From the NCBI GenBank assembly GCA_963642245.1, contig CAVIFY010000002.1, positions 15,345-79,344 on the forward strand: 64,000 nt of DNA. The letters are read 5' to 3'. This DNA is from Bifidobacteriaceae bacterium (lineage in GTDB: Bacteria > Bacillota > Clostridia > Oscillospirales > Acutalibacteraceae). The position numbers were made by a program, and so were the translations under genes. Positions 55,639-64,000 of this stretch are shown in pieces (position 1 is the first letter of the stretch; each line of letters starts with the position of its first letter). The notes beneath the pieces are model-generated. The model saw only the letters and a list, made by a program, of their open reading frames with translations. It searched no databases and had not been told where the DNA came from.

Positions 55639-58600
55639 CTTGGAGTTTTTTCAAACCTTTCTCACCCAGTTCCCGCAGGGCACGGCAGTAGTTGTCGCTG
55701 CGTTTCTGGATATCATCCGCATAGACCTCCAGCTCCGGCATAGACACGGCAAAGTAGTCGTAGCCTACCGGCTCGCCCATATGTTCATCGGCAAAGTCGA
55801 TCAGCTGCCGGAAGGACTGCCGGGCCATCTCTTTGTTGCCCAGAGCGGCAAAAGCCAGTCCCTGGTAATAGATATAATCGCTGGGCTGGTCGTTGTAGTA
55901 CCGCACCGGCTCCGGGGTTTGGCTGCCTGCGGTAGCCAGGGTATAGTAGTGGTCGGCGCCCTGGGTATCGCCTAAAGCGGCGCAGCAGCGGCCGATGGTA
56001 TAGTAGGCCCGGTGATCCGGCACATTGGGCAGCTTGCCCTCCCCCAGATGATCCGGATAGGTCAGGGTGCGGGTGCAAAGCGCCTTGGCTTTTTCATAAT
56101 CGCCCTGTTCCATGGCTTGCTCTGCCAGGCCGAACAGCGCGGTTTTGTATGCGCCGCTGACCTTGCCCTCGCCACCCTCCCAGGGGTGGAAAATATGCGT
56201 CTCCGCCATTTGCAGCGCCGGGGCGTACTGCCCGGTGGTGTTGAGCAAGTCAATATAGGCCAGGTACAGCGGGTCCCGCCCGGGCAACAGGTCTTTGTAC
56301 GGCTCCAGCCGGTCCAGTTGCTGCCGGGCAGACAGCCCCACCTTGGCGTGCAGCTGGGTCATTTCCAGCACATAGCGACTGTTCTGCGGATCCAGGGCAA
56401 CGGCCTTTTCAATGGTCGTCTGCGCTTTCTGCGGATCGCCCTTTTTATTGTAGTAGGCAATGGACAGATTGCGGTAGGCCGGGGCAAAATCCGGCTTGTC
56501 CTGTACGCAGGCCTGCCAGCAGGAAACGGCGTCTGCGTAGCGCTTTTTATCATACAGCAAATTGCCTAAGTAGTAGCAGGCCATAGGTGCGCCACGCCCA
56601 TCGGCACCGGCCACACCGGCCGCCTGCAAAATGGCAATTTCTTCTATTTTATTGGGGAACACATAATCCGGGCACATGGTCTCTGCCGCCCGGTAGGCTG
56701 CGGCTGCGGCCTTGCTGTCGCCGCTTTTCAGCAGCGCATAGCCTTTATAGTAGGCGGCCAGCGTGCTGTTCGGGCAGTGCGCCAGCACGGCGATCGCCCG
56801 GTGATACAGCCCCCACCGCATATAGTCCAGCGCCAGGTTCAGGCAGTCGTTCTCTGCCGTCAAAGGCGCGCCGGTGAGCAGCAGCACCCCGGGGCTTAGC
56901 GGGTCGATCCGGCGGCTCTCGTCCAAGAAGGCGGTGCCGTCCTGCCCCAGCAGACCCAGCAGCTCTGTGCGCAGCAGGCGCAGCTGCATATTGTGGGTGC
57001 CCAGGGTCAGCGCCCGATTGGCAAAGTCCAGCGCCTGTCGGTATTCGCCCTTGCGGCAGCAAATACCGGCCAGGTGGTACAGGGCAGCAGGCTTGGTCTC
57101 TGCGGACCAGGCGGATTTATAGTAGGCGTCATAGGCGGCGTCCCACTGTTCCTTGCAGGCATAGGCGGTGGCCAGGTTGTAGTAGCATTCGCCGCTGTAA
57201 GGGTTAGGGGTCAGCCCGGTTTGGCGGGCAATGGCCCGGCAAAAGTGGGTGATGGCGCTGTCCGGCAGACCGGCTTTCAGCTGCAACAGGCCATAGGCGT
57301 TATTGAGCCGCAGGTCGTTGGGATCCCGGCGCAGACCCTCCAGGTAGTAGTCCGCCGGGTCATAGGTGGCGTGGCGGTACTGCTCCAGGTGCTGCCCGGC
57401 CAGGTACAGCTCCTCATTGGTGGGGATCTCCGCCGGTGCAGGCATAGCCTTGGCCGGTTCCGGCTCCGGGGTCTCCTGCGGCTTGTACACAGCATAAGCA
57501 CACAGCAGCCCACCGTCCGCTGCCGTTACGGTGATCCGGCTGTCCTGGTCCAGCCTCTGCACCCGGTCGCAAAAGCAAGTTTCCGGGCTTAGATCCACCG
57601 TTTTGCAGTAGAACTCCGTGTTTCCTTTTGCGGCACGGATCACAGCGCCGGGATAAGCGGCGGTGGCGTAGACCTTGATCTGGTCGCCGTCCACCCCCAG
57701 CACCGCATCCTTGGTGGCGTTGGACACTCTGCCCACCGTCTTGTAGGGCATAAAATACTGGGTAAATGTTTTTTCTTCCTTAGGCTTCAGCCAGGTAAAG
57801 TCCGGCTGATTATCCGCAAACACCCCGGTCATCAGTTCAATGTACGGGCCGTTTTCGTCCGTTAAATTCTTGTCCCACCTTTTGCCAAAATCGCCGCAGC
57901 CCCAGGTCCACTGCTTTTTGCCCGGCGAAATATGGTGGTCCGCCACATGGAGCAGCCCGGCGTCCCTGCCCTCGTCAAAATTGCCGATAAAGTCAAAATC
58001 GGAGTGCGCCGCCATATAGGAAGTGGGCACCTGAATATTCTTGTATCTGGAAATATCCACCCCGGCGGAATAATCCGCTTTATAGTATGTGCCTGTGGCA
58101 ATGGGGAAGGTGGACACATCCCGCTTGCCGTGGTCAAACACTGCGGTCACATCCGGCGGAAACACGGAGAAGGTGTGGTCATTGACCGGCACTGCCGGGT
58201 TGGCCCACCACAGGAAAGTTTGGGGATAATCCGTGGGGTTGTACAGCCGGCCGCGGATCTCCATATAGGCTTTGTCCGGGTACAGGGTCACCGCCATGGT
58301 GCAGCGGGTGCCGTACATTCTGTCCGTCTCGCCCAAAAAGGCAGTCACCGAGCCGTCCCCATTCTCCCGGGTGGTGCAATTCACCGGGCTAAAGGTGGTG
58401 GGGCGGTGGTGCTGGGGCCAGTTAAACTCGATCCCCCCGCTGATCCACGGCCCGCACAGGCCCACCAGCGCCGGTTTGATCACCTCATTATAGTAAACAA
58501 AGTCGTAACCGTTGGTCTTGTCATAGGCCCGCTGAATACGCCCGCCCAGCTCCGGCAGGATCATCACATAAAGGTAATCATTCTCCAGGATCACAGCGGT

Positions 58601-58771
58601 GTATTCCCGGTCCACTTTCTCATCACAGATCTTCTCGGTCACCGGCAGCGGATAGACCTTGCCGGTGCTGCCCTGGTACGCCCGCTTTTCAATAAACAGG
58701 GGCGCCTTTTCCGGCGCGCCGGTGGGATAAGTGGGTATCTTTACTTTTTCTGTTCGGATCGTTGCTTTCAT
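55625..58771 (-). CDS. DUF5107-type domain fused to a long TPR-repeat region (1048 aa), cytoplasmic
   Basis: N-terminal blocks: LENDYLY..LPELGGRI, SGGIEFNW, LWWANPA, KQWTWG....W...LTDENGPYIELMTG. Residues ~450-1040 are repeated Ala/Tyr/Leu-rich TPR-like units (e.g. AAYYKGYALLKSGD, YYLGNLLYDKKRYADA). Confidence 0.65.
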   Translation of the reverse strand: MKATIRTEKVKIPTYPTGAPEKAPLFIEKRAYQGSTGKVYPLPVTEKICDEKVDREYTAVILENDYLYVMILPELGGRIQRAYDKTNGYDFVYYNEVIKPALVGLCGPWISGGIEFNWPQHHRPTTFSPVNCTTRENGDGSVTAFLGETDRMYGTRCTMAVTLYPDKAYMEIRGRLYNPTDYPQTFLWWANPAVPVNDHTFSVFPPDVTAVFDHGKRDVSTFPIATGTYYKADYSAGVDISRYKNIQVPTSYMAAHSDFDFIGNFDEGRDAGLLHVADHHISPGKKQWTWGCGDFGKRWDKNLTDENGPYIELMTGVFADNQPDFTWLKPKEEKTFTQYFMPYKTVGRVSNATKDAVLGVDGDQIKVYATAAYPGAVIRAAKGNTEFYCKTVDLSPETCFCDRVQRLDQDSRITVTAADGGLLCAYAVYKPQETPEPEPAKAMPAPAEIPTNEELYLAGQHLEQYRHATYDPADYYLEGLRRDPNDLRLNNAYGLLQLKAGLPDSAITHFCRAIARQTGLTPNPYSGECYYNLATAYACKEQWDAAYDAYYKSAWSAETKPAALYHLAGICCRKGEYRQALDFANRALTLGTHNMQLRLLRTELLGLLGQDGTAFLDESRRIDPLSPGVLLLTGAPLTAENDCLNLALDYMRWGLYHRAIAVLAHCPNSTLAAYYKGYALLKSGDSKAAAAAYRAAETMCPDYVFPNKIEEIAILQAAGVAGADGRGAPMACYYLGNLLYDKKRYADAVSCWQACVQDKPDFAPAYRNLSIAYYNKKGDPQKAQTTIEKAVALDPQNSRYVLEMTQLHAKVGLSARQQLDRLEPYKDLLPGRDPLYLAYIDLLNTTGQYAPALQMAETHIFHPWEGGEGKVSGAYKTALFGLAEQAMEQGDYEKAKALCTRTLTYPDHLGEGKLPNVPDHRAYYTIGRCCAALGDTQGADHYYTLATAGSQTPEPVRYYNDQPSDYIYYQGLAFAALGNKEMARQSFRQLIDFADEHMGEPVGYDYFAVSMPELEVYADDIQKRSDNYCRALRELGEKGLKKLQDEEN

Positions 58772-58970
58772 AGTTCTACCTCTTGTGGTTTGATACTGGT
58801 TCTATTATAGCTCTGCTAAAGGAAACAAAGTTCAGAGAATGCACCAAATTCTTTAGAAATTATGCTCTTATAGTCATATATCGAAAGAAGTGAGCGCTTT
58901 TTCTAAACTCCCCTGCCCTGCCGTAATGCTATAATAAAGTGCAGTAGATAAAGAGCAAGGAGTTTTTTGC

Positions 58971-60317
58971 ATGAACACACCCTTACCGTACAATTACGAT
59001 TACGCCCGCTGCATGGTGATGAAGCTGGGCATGGCCGTGCCGGACAGGGAGCACCCGGGCAAAAGCAAGGTGCTGCTCACCTTTGACCGGGCGCTGGCAT
59101 ACATTCGCCAAATCGACCGGATCACCCAGGGCATACAAAAGATCTATTACCTGGTGGGCTGGCAGTACCTGGGGCACGACGACAAGTACCCGGATTTTTT
59201 TGAGGTAAACGCGGCGTTAAAGCGCCCGGAGGACCCGACGGCGTGGGACAGCTTTCAGTGGTTTTGCAGAGAGGCAAAGCAGTACCACTCCATCATCAGC
59301 GTGCACATCAATTTTAACGACGCCTACGATAATGCGCCGTCCTTTCCCGACTTTGTAAGGGCCGGTGCGCTGATCCGCAAGCGAAACGGCAAACCGAACC
59401 CGATCGAGAAATACAACGGCCGCAAGTGCTACAAAACCTGCCACAAAGGGTACTGGGAGTCCAGTCTGTTTCAGCGGCAGATCGACCGATTTATTACCAC
59501 CTTTCCCTTTATTGCAGAGACCGGCACCATTCATGTAGACAACTTTCAGTGCTACAAGAATTACGCCCCCGCCGTCAGTATAGAAGAAATGCAGGGCGCC
59601 CGGCGAAAGATGATCGAATATGTTAAGTCAAAGGGCATAGACATCACCAGCGAGTTTACTTACAAAGAGAGCGCGCAGTTGCCCAACCGGCCTATCTTTG
59701 GGCTGCCCCGGGATCACTTCAAGCACGCGCCCATGGACACGGTGGGGCTGATCCCCATGAGCTGGTGGGTCTACCGTATGACGGATCAGGAGCTGCTGCG
59801 CACGCCGCCGAGCCTATACTGCGGCGGCGAGTTTAGAGAAAAGTGGATGAACCGGGTGTTCTACGGCAATATGCACGGCGAGGATATTGTCACCTGCGCC
59901 AACACCCACTGGGCGGCCGATTTTATCCGCCGCTTTGCCACCTACCAGGTGCCGGGGCATTACCTGAACACCTTGCAGCGCCACGCCATGCACCGCCGGA
60001 GCGGGCAAAAATACTGCCTGTTCTCCGACAGCGTGATCTCTTATGCAAAGGGCAGCAAAATCACCAAAAGCGGCCGCGTTATTAAGGACGGCGACAACCT
60101 GTGCCTGCCCTTTGTGCACGAAAAGAGCACCTACATCGCTTACAGCCGAGATGGCGACCGGCGGGACTGGCCGATTTTTGAGGCGGGCAAAACAAAAGCC
60201 CGGCTGTACAAAATCACCGAGAACGGCAACCAAGACGCCGGCACGCTGCCCATTGAAAACGGCACCCTGCACCTGCACATACCCAAAGACACCGCCTATA
60301 AAATCATTGTAGAATAG
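58971..60317 (+). CDS. Putative TIM-barrel glycosidase, possibly GH101/GH129-like (endo-alpha-N-acetylgalactosaminidase-like)
   Basis: 448 aa with AAGGAG 8 nt before the ATG. The blocks YYLVGWQYLGHDDKYPD, SVHINFNDAY, GTIHVDNF and ITSEFTY resemble what I recall of GH101-type catalytic barrels. There is no signal peptide. The family call is tentative. Confidence 0.4.
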   Translation: MNTPLPYNYDYARCMVMKLGMAVPDREHPGKSKVLLTFDRALAYIRQIDRITQGIQKIYYLVGWQYLGHDDKYPDFFEVNAALKRPEDPTAWDSFQWFCREAKQYHSIISVHINFNDAYDNAPSFPDFVRAGALIRKRNGKPNPIEKYNGRKCYKTCHKGYWESSLFQRQIDRFITTFPFIAETGTIHVDNFQCYKNYAPAVSIEEMQGARRKMIEYVKSKGIDITSEFTYKESAQLPNRPIFGLPRDHFKHAPMDTVGLIPMSWWVYRMTDQELLRTPPSLYCGGEFREKWMNRVFYGNMHGEDIVTCANTHWAADFIRRFATYQVPGHYLNTLQRHAMHRRSGQKYCLFSDSVISYAKGSKITKSGRVIKDGDNLCLPFVHEKSTYIAYSRDGDRRDWPIFEAGKTKARLYKITENGNQDAGTLPIENGTLHLHIPKDTAYKIIVE

Positions 60318-60322
60318 AGAAT

Positions 60323-60358
60323 GAGCCTTGAACTTTTCCGTTCAAGGCTCGTTTTTTA
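60323..60358 (+). terminator. Rho-independent terminator
   Basis: GAGCCTTGAAC-ttttcc-GTTCAAGGCTC (11 bp) followed by GTTTTTTAT. Confidence 0.85.
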
Positions 60359-60374
60359 TGGCGCAGCGGCCGTA

Positions 60375-61412
60375 TCAGTATTCTTTGCAAATGGTGACGG
60401 TGCTCTGCCCTCTGTGGCGAATGATCGACTGATTGGTAAAGGAGCCGTCCTTTTTAATGTTGATGAGCGTACCGCCGCGGAAAGGCGTCACATAAATATT
60501 ATGGTCGCAGGACAGGCCGTAGGTCAGCCGAATGCCCTGGTAATCCACGGAAAAGTTATTCATATGATCGTGACCTGCATAGCAGCCCTTGGTGGAGCCC
60601 AGCTTTTGCATGGTCTCAAACATTTGGTCGTCCACCGCCGGAGTGCCGTCCTCACCGGGGAACTTAAAGCCCCACAGCCGCTTGCCCTCCTGGTAGCCGG
60701 TCATATACTCTTTCATGGGCACATGGAAGAACGCCAGGGACGGCACTACCTTGGTCTCGTCGCCGTTCTCTTCCTTGGCGATCTGCTTGACCGTCTTTTC
60801 GTACCAGGCGATCTGGTTGTCGTGGAAGTGGTCGTAGCCGCTGTTCTCCACATCGTAGCAGTTGGAGTCCATAAAGATCAGCGAGGTCAGCGCCTTGCCG
60901 CTGTCATCCCGCACGGTATAGTAGTAGTTACCCATACCGTCCACATTCTCGTCGCCCCGCTGATAAATGCAATACTCCAGCGACTCCAAATAATCGTTTA
61001 AGGTCTGCTTGTCGGCGATCTTCTCCGGGTCCAGCTTTTCGCCCGGCTCGTATTTGATATCCAGCCCCTCGTGGTTGCCGTAAACAAAGGCCCAGGGGAT
61101 TTGGAACTTCTCCATAAAGGTGCAGAAGGACTTAAACGCCGTAAAGTTCTCCTTTTCGCTGGTCACATCTCCGGTAACGGCGATCAGGTCCGGCTTGGTG
61201 GTGTTGACCATCTCCGTAATGGTCTTATACGCCTTGGCGTCCTTCTTCTCATCATTGAGAATATGCACATCGGTCACTTGCAGCACGGTAAAGGCCGTGT
61301 CTGCCCCGCGCACATACTTCTTGCCGTAAAAGGTCACAGACAATGCCGCCACACCTCCTAAAATTGCCAGCACCAACAGAATGCTTAAAAAGATTTTCAG
61401 TCCCTTTTTCAT
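60375..61412 (-). CDS. Membrane-anchored (signal-anchor) calcineurin-like metallophosphoesterase
   Basis: 345 aa. The N-terminal TM is IFLSILLVLAILGGVAALSV. Motifs: VTDVH, TGDV, YGNHEG, FFHVP, GHDHMN. GGAGGAG lies 7 nt before the ATG, inside the GH95 3' end. Confidence 0.8.
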   Translation of the reverse strand: MKKGLKIFLSILLVLAILGGVAALSVTFYGKKYVRGADTAFTVLQVTDVHILNDEKKDAKAYKTITEMVNTTKPDLIAVTGDVTSEKENFTAFKSFCTFMEKFQIPWAFVYGNHEGLDIKYEPGEKLDPEKIADKQTLNDYLESLEYCIYQRGDENVDGMGNYYYTVRDDSGKALTSLIFMDSNCYDVENSGYDHFHDNQIAWYEKTVKQIAKEENGDETKVVPSLAFFHVPMKEYMTGYQEGKRLWGFKFPGEDGTPAVDDQMFETMQKLGSTKGCYAGHDHMNNFSVDYQGIRLTYGLSCDHNIYVTPFRGGTLINIKKDGSFTNQSIIRHRGQSTVTICKEY

Positions 61413-61413
61413 C

Positions 61414-63633
61414 TCAGTTCTCCTCCGTTACGGTTATGTTCTTCAGTTGAGCCGTCGGGCTTAAGTGTCGATTTCTAATGACGATCGGTCGATCGCTTTC
61501 TGCACCGATCACCTGCCCGTCCTGCCAGGTAAAGCTGACCCGGGCGCCGCCCACCACCATATTGCGCACTTCGCCGCTGCGGGCGTAATTAGCAGGCAAC
61601 GCCGGCAGCAGCTCGATCACGCCCTGCTCCTCGGTAAGCAGCATTTCGTTGATCCCGGCCACAAACCCTAAGTTGCCGTCAATTTGGAAATAAAACGGCG
61701 GGTGCACGCAAAAGAGATTTTGGAACACAGAGTGAGCCAGCATACTGCGGATCACCTTTGACACGCTGTCCGGCTCTCGCAGCCGGGCAGACAGGCAGAT
61801 GGCCCAGGCCGCCGACCAGCCGATATACTGGGTGGCGTTCTCCGTACGGTAACGGTACAGCTGCCGGACCCATTCGGTCTGCGCCTTGTTGCCATCATAG
61901 CCAATGGTGTTGCCGGGGTAAAAGCCGTATAAGGGCGAGAAGTGGCGGTGCCCTTTCTCCGGCGTGGGATAATCGGCGTGCCACTCGCAAATGCCGTTTT
62001 TGCCCCCTCGATCAGGATAAAGCAGTGGCAGTTTTTGCCGAATGTCCCCTTTCAGCGCTTCATCGTCGCTGATCTCCAGCGCGTTCCGAAACGCCTGGCG
62101 CACCAGCCCCATATCGAAGGCGGAGGCGTAGTCCAGCTTGCAGGTCTTGCCGTCTTTCTTAAACACATTCTCCGGCGAGGCGGAGGGGCAGATCACATAC
62201 TGCCCTTGGTGCAGCACCAAAAAATCTGCGGCGAACTGCGCCGCACCGGTAACGATCTCCCGGATCTGCGCCCGGTAGGCGCCCAGCTGACCGTTTTGGT
62301 AGTGGGTATAAAGCTCATTGCTCAGCCACACGCCGCACAGGGGCGCGAACATATAATTGGCCGTACCCTGCACCGGCGGCGTTTTGCGCCACAGGTCCAC
62401 ATTGTGGTTGCAGGCAAAGCCCCGGCAGCCGTAATTGATCTTGGCGGTGTCTCGGCCGTTCTCCATAGTCTCATAGACCATACGGATCAGCGGTTCGATA
62501 CAATCGGACAGCCCGGCCCGGGACGCGCCCCAGTAGTTCATCTCCGTATTGATATTCACCGTGTAGTTGCTGCTCCAGGGTGGGCGCAGGCTATTGTTCC
62601 AAATGCCCTGCAAATTCAGCGGCTGGCCGCCCTTGCGGCTGCCGGAGATGATCATATACTTGCCGTAGTTATACAGCAGCTCCGCCAGCGCCCGCTCGTC
62701 GTCGCCGTTCTTTACGCCTTTCAGCAGGGCGTCGGCATTTTCCGTTCGGTCACAGTGGAAACTGACCGACTGGCGGTCAAACAGCGCCGTATAGTCGGCA
62801 ATGTGCCTTTCCAGCAGTGCCGCATAGTCCGGCGCGATCGCGTTCATCATCCCTCGGCACTTTTGCTGCACCGCGGTTTGCGCCGTTTGCGGCATTTGGT
62901 CATAGCCGTTAAAGCCGGTAGCGGTGACAAAATACAGCACCACTTCCGTGGCGTTCTGCACCTGCAAGGCTGCCTTGCGGGCGCGCACCCTGCCGTCGGT
63001 CTGCACCCGGGTTTGCAGGCAAAAGGCCATACCCTTCTTCTCTTCATAATGAATGGGGTGCCGCTCTGTTCTCAGATAATTGGGTGCCGCATAGTCCGGC
63101 GCGTTGCCCAGGAGAAACAGGTTTTGCCCCGCCGTCTCCACCCGGTGGTGCAGCTTGCTGCCGGTACGGATGGTGACCGAAAACGGCCGATCCGCCGTCA
63201 CCCGGTACACGGAGATATGGTCCGGATAAGAAGAAAAGCATTCGCTTTTGGCACCGCTGCTCTCCACCGTATGCACCGCTCGGGACAGGTCCAGGCACCG
63301 GGAATATCCGTCCCGGGGCAAGCCGCAAAAGGACAGGGTCACCTGTCCCAGGGGCAAAAAGGTCTCGCTGTAAAAACCGGACAGCTGCTTTTCGCACAGG
63401 GCGTCCGCCCGGGCGTTCTCGCCGTCAAAGATCAGGCGGCGCACCCGATCCAAGTTCTCCCGGCTTTCCACCCGGTTGTAGTCCTTGGGATAGCCGGACC
63501 ATAAAGTGCCGTCGTTAAAACAGATTTTTTCCCGGCGCAGAGAGCCGTAGATCATCAGCCCTGTGTGGCCGTTGCCCAGGGGCAGCGCCTGGCGCCAGTT
63601 CCCTGCCGGTTTGTTGTATCGAATTTTATTCAT
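61414..63633 (-). CDS. Glycoside hydrolase family 95 (alpha-L-fucosidase-type)
   Basis: 739 aa. The N-terminus WRQALPLGNGHTGLMIYG is typical of GH95. Later blocks are LQGIWN and NINTEMNYW. The stop lies 1 nt before the phosphoesterase ATG. Confidence 0.85.
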   Translation of the reverse strand: MNKIRYNKPAGNWRQALPLGNGHTGLMIYGSLRREKICFNDGTLWSGYPKDYNRVESRENLDRVRRLIFDGENARADALCEKQLSGFYSETFLPLGQVTLSFCGLPRDGYSRCLDLSRAVHTVESSGAKSECFSSYPDHISVYRVTADRPFSVTIRTGSKLHHRVETAGQNLFLLGNAPDYAAPNYLRTERHPIHYEEKKGMAFCLQTRVQTDGRVRARKAALQVQNATEVVLYFVTATGFNGYDQMPQTAQTAVQQKCRGMMNAIAPDYAALLERHIADYTALFDRQSVSFHCDRTENADALLKGVKNGDDERALAELLYNYGKYMIISGSRKGGQPLNLQGIWNNSLRPPWSSNYTVNINTEMNYWGASRAGLSDCIEPLIRMVYETMENGRDTAKINYGCRGFACNHNVDLWRKTPPVQGTANYMFAPLCGVWLSNELYTHYQNGQLGAYRAQIREIVTGAAQFAADFLVLHQGQYVICPSASPENVFKKDGKTCKLDYASAFDMGLVRQAFRNALEISDDEALKGDIRQKLPLLYPDRGGKNGICEWHADYPTPEKGHRHFSPLYGFYPGNTIGYDGNKAQTEWVRQLYRYRTENATQYIGWSAAWAICLSARLREPDSVSKVIRSMLAHSVFQNLFCVHPPFYFQIDGNLGFVAGINEMLLTEEQGVIELLPALPANYARSGEVRNMVVGGARVSFTWQDGQVIGAESDRPIVIRNRHLSPTAQLKNITVTEEN

Positions 63634-64000
63634 TGGTATGCACCTGATATGTATTTTGGTCTAAGTCAATGGTCACGGTGGTGCCGTCGGCATAAGTGGC
63701 CCGCTGCCGCCGGTAAGAGCCTAAGAACTCGTGGCGCACCATCTCTTGGTCATAAAGCCCGGCTTGCAACCGGCACAGGGGCCGAATGCGGTCAAACTCC
63801 GCCTGGAGTTCGCCCTCCGGCAGCAGGGTGGTCTCGTCCGCACCAAACAGCTGCACATAAGGCATACCGGCGCACAAAGCGCAATACAGGTCGCCACCGG
63901 TGCCCTTTGGAATGCCCCAGTTGTAAAAGCCGTTCCAAGGCACGATCAAACAGTCGTGGTAAATAAGATTTTGCAGCGGAATAGGCACGCCCACTGCCCG
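63626..64000 (-). CDS. Hypothetical protein, C-terminal fragment (5' end outside window), possibly glycoside-hydrolase-associated
   Basis: The frame is open to the window edge. The stop overlaps the GH95 start by 8 nt (ATGAATAA). The sequence IPLQNLIYHDCLIVPW resembles C-terminal barrels of some glycosidases, but I cannot assign it. Confidence 0.5.
   Translation of the reverse strand, partial: RAVGVPIPLQNLIYHDCLIVPWNGFYNWGIPKGTGGDLYCALCAGMPYVQLFGADETTLLPEGELQAEFDRIRPLCRLQAGLYDQEMVRHEFLGSYRRQRATYADGTTVTIDLDQNTYQVHTNE

Noticed and set aside
10973-63504. Other long antisense ORFs: 10973..12265, 14444..15859, 16705..17937, 21797..23317, 27720..28853, 32762..34000, 38754..39704, 40736..41839, 46161..47804, 52172..53917, 61942..63504.
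   Set aside because: The reasoning is the same as above. Each lies fully inside a well-supported gene on the other strand and has shadow-frame amino-acid composition.

Overview
This is a gene-dense, high-GC chromosomal segment. By eye the coding DNA is mostly about 50-60% GC. It looks like a Gram-positive anaerobe of the Clostridia type, but that taxon call is only inference. It rests on strong AGGAGG-type Shine-Dalgarno sites, an SPxTG sortase signal, CsoR/CopA, NrdR, a dlt-like operon and many TTGxxx-17-TAxAAT promoters. I call 50 protein-coding genes, 42 of them on the minus strand. I saw no rRNA, tRNA, CRISPR array, transposase, integrase or phage structural gene. The content is dominated by carbohydrate catabolism. 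Glycoside hydrolase genes include GH36, GH2 (two copies), GH3 and GH95, plus GH38-like/DUF5054, a possible GH101/129-like gene and two DUF5107 genes. There are three GPH-family sugar symporters. Other content includes AraC/TetR/MarR/Rrf2/XRE regulators, two MATE pumps, two P1B-type metal ATPases (CopA with CsoR, and a Zn/Cd-type pump with a split HMA protein), an EF-G paralogue and an SOS-boxed dinB. There is also a dlt-like acylation operon (adenylase, carrier protein, MBOAT, SGNH protein) followed by a two-component system. No classical defence or mobile system is visible. The most promising under-described units are five. First, two cytoplasmic DUF5107 proteins overlap or abut a GH2 gene (52.1-58.8 kb) and lie next to a GH101/129-like gene and a GH95 + metallophosphoesterase pair. 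Second, an AraC-linked operon combines a metallophosphoesterase, a GPH transporter and DUF5054 (13.8-19.6 kb). Third, the non-canonical dlt-like operon carries an XRE-type operator array and a leader hairpin. Fourth, a secreted 2xPPC + 2xFN3 protein has a sharp internal GC cliff. Fifth, a small ORF is translationally coupled to dinB behind a LexA box. All family assignments come from motif recognition by eye. No database search was run.
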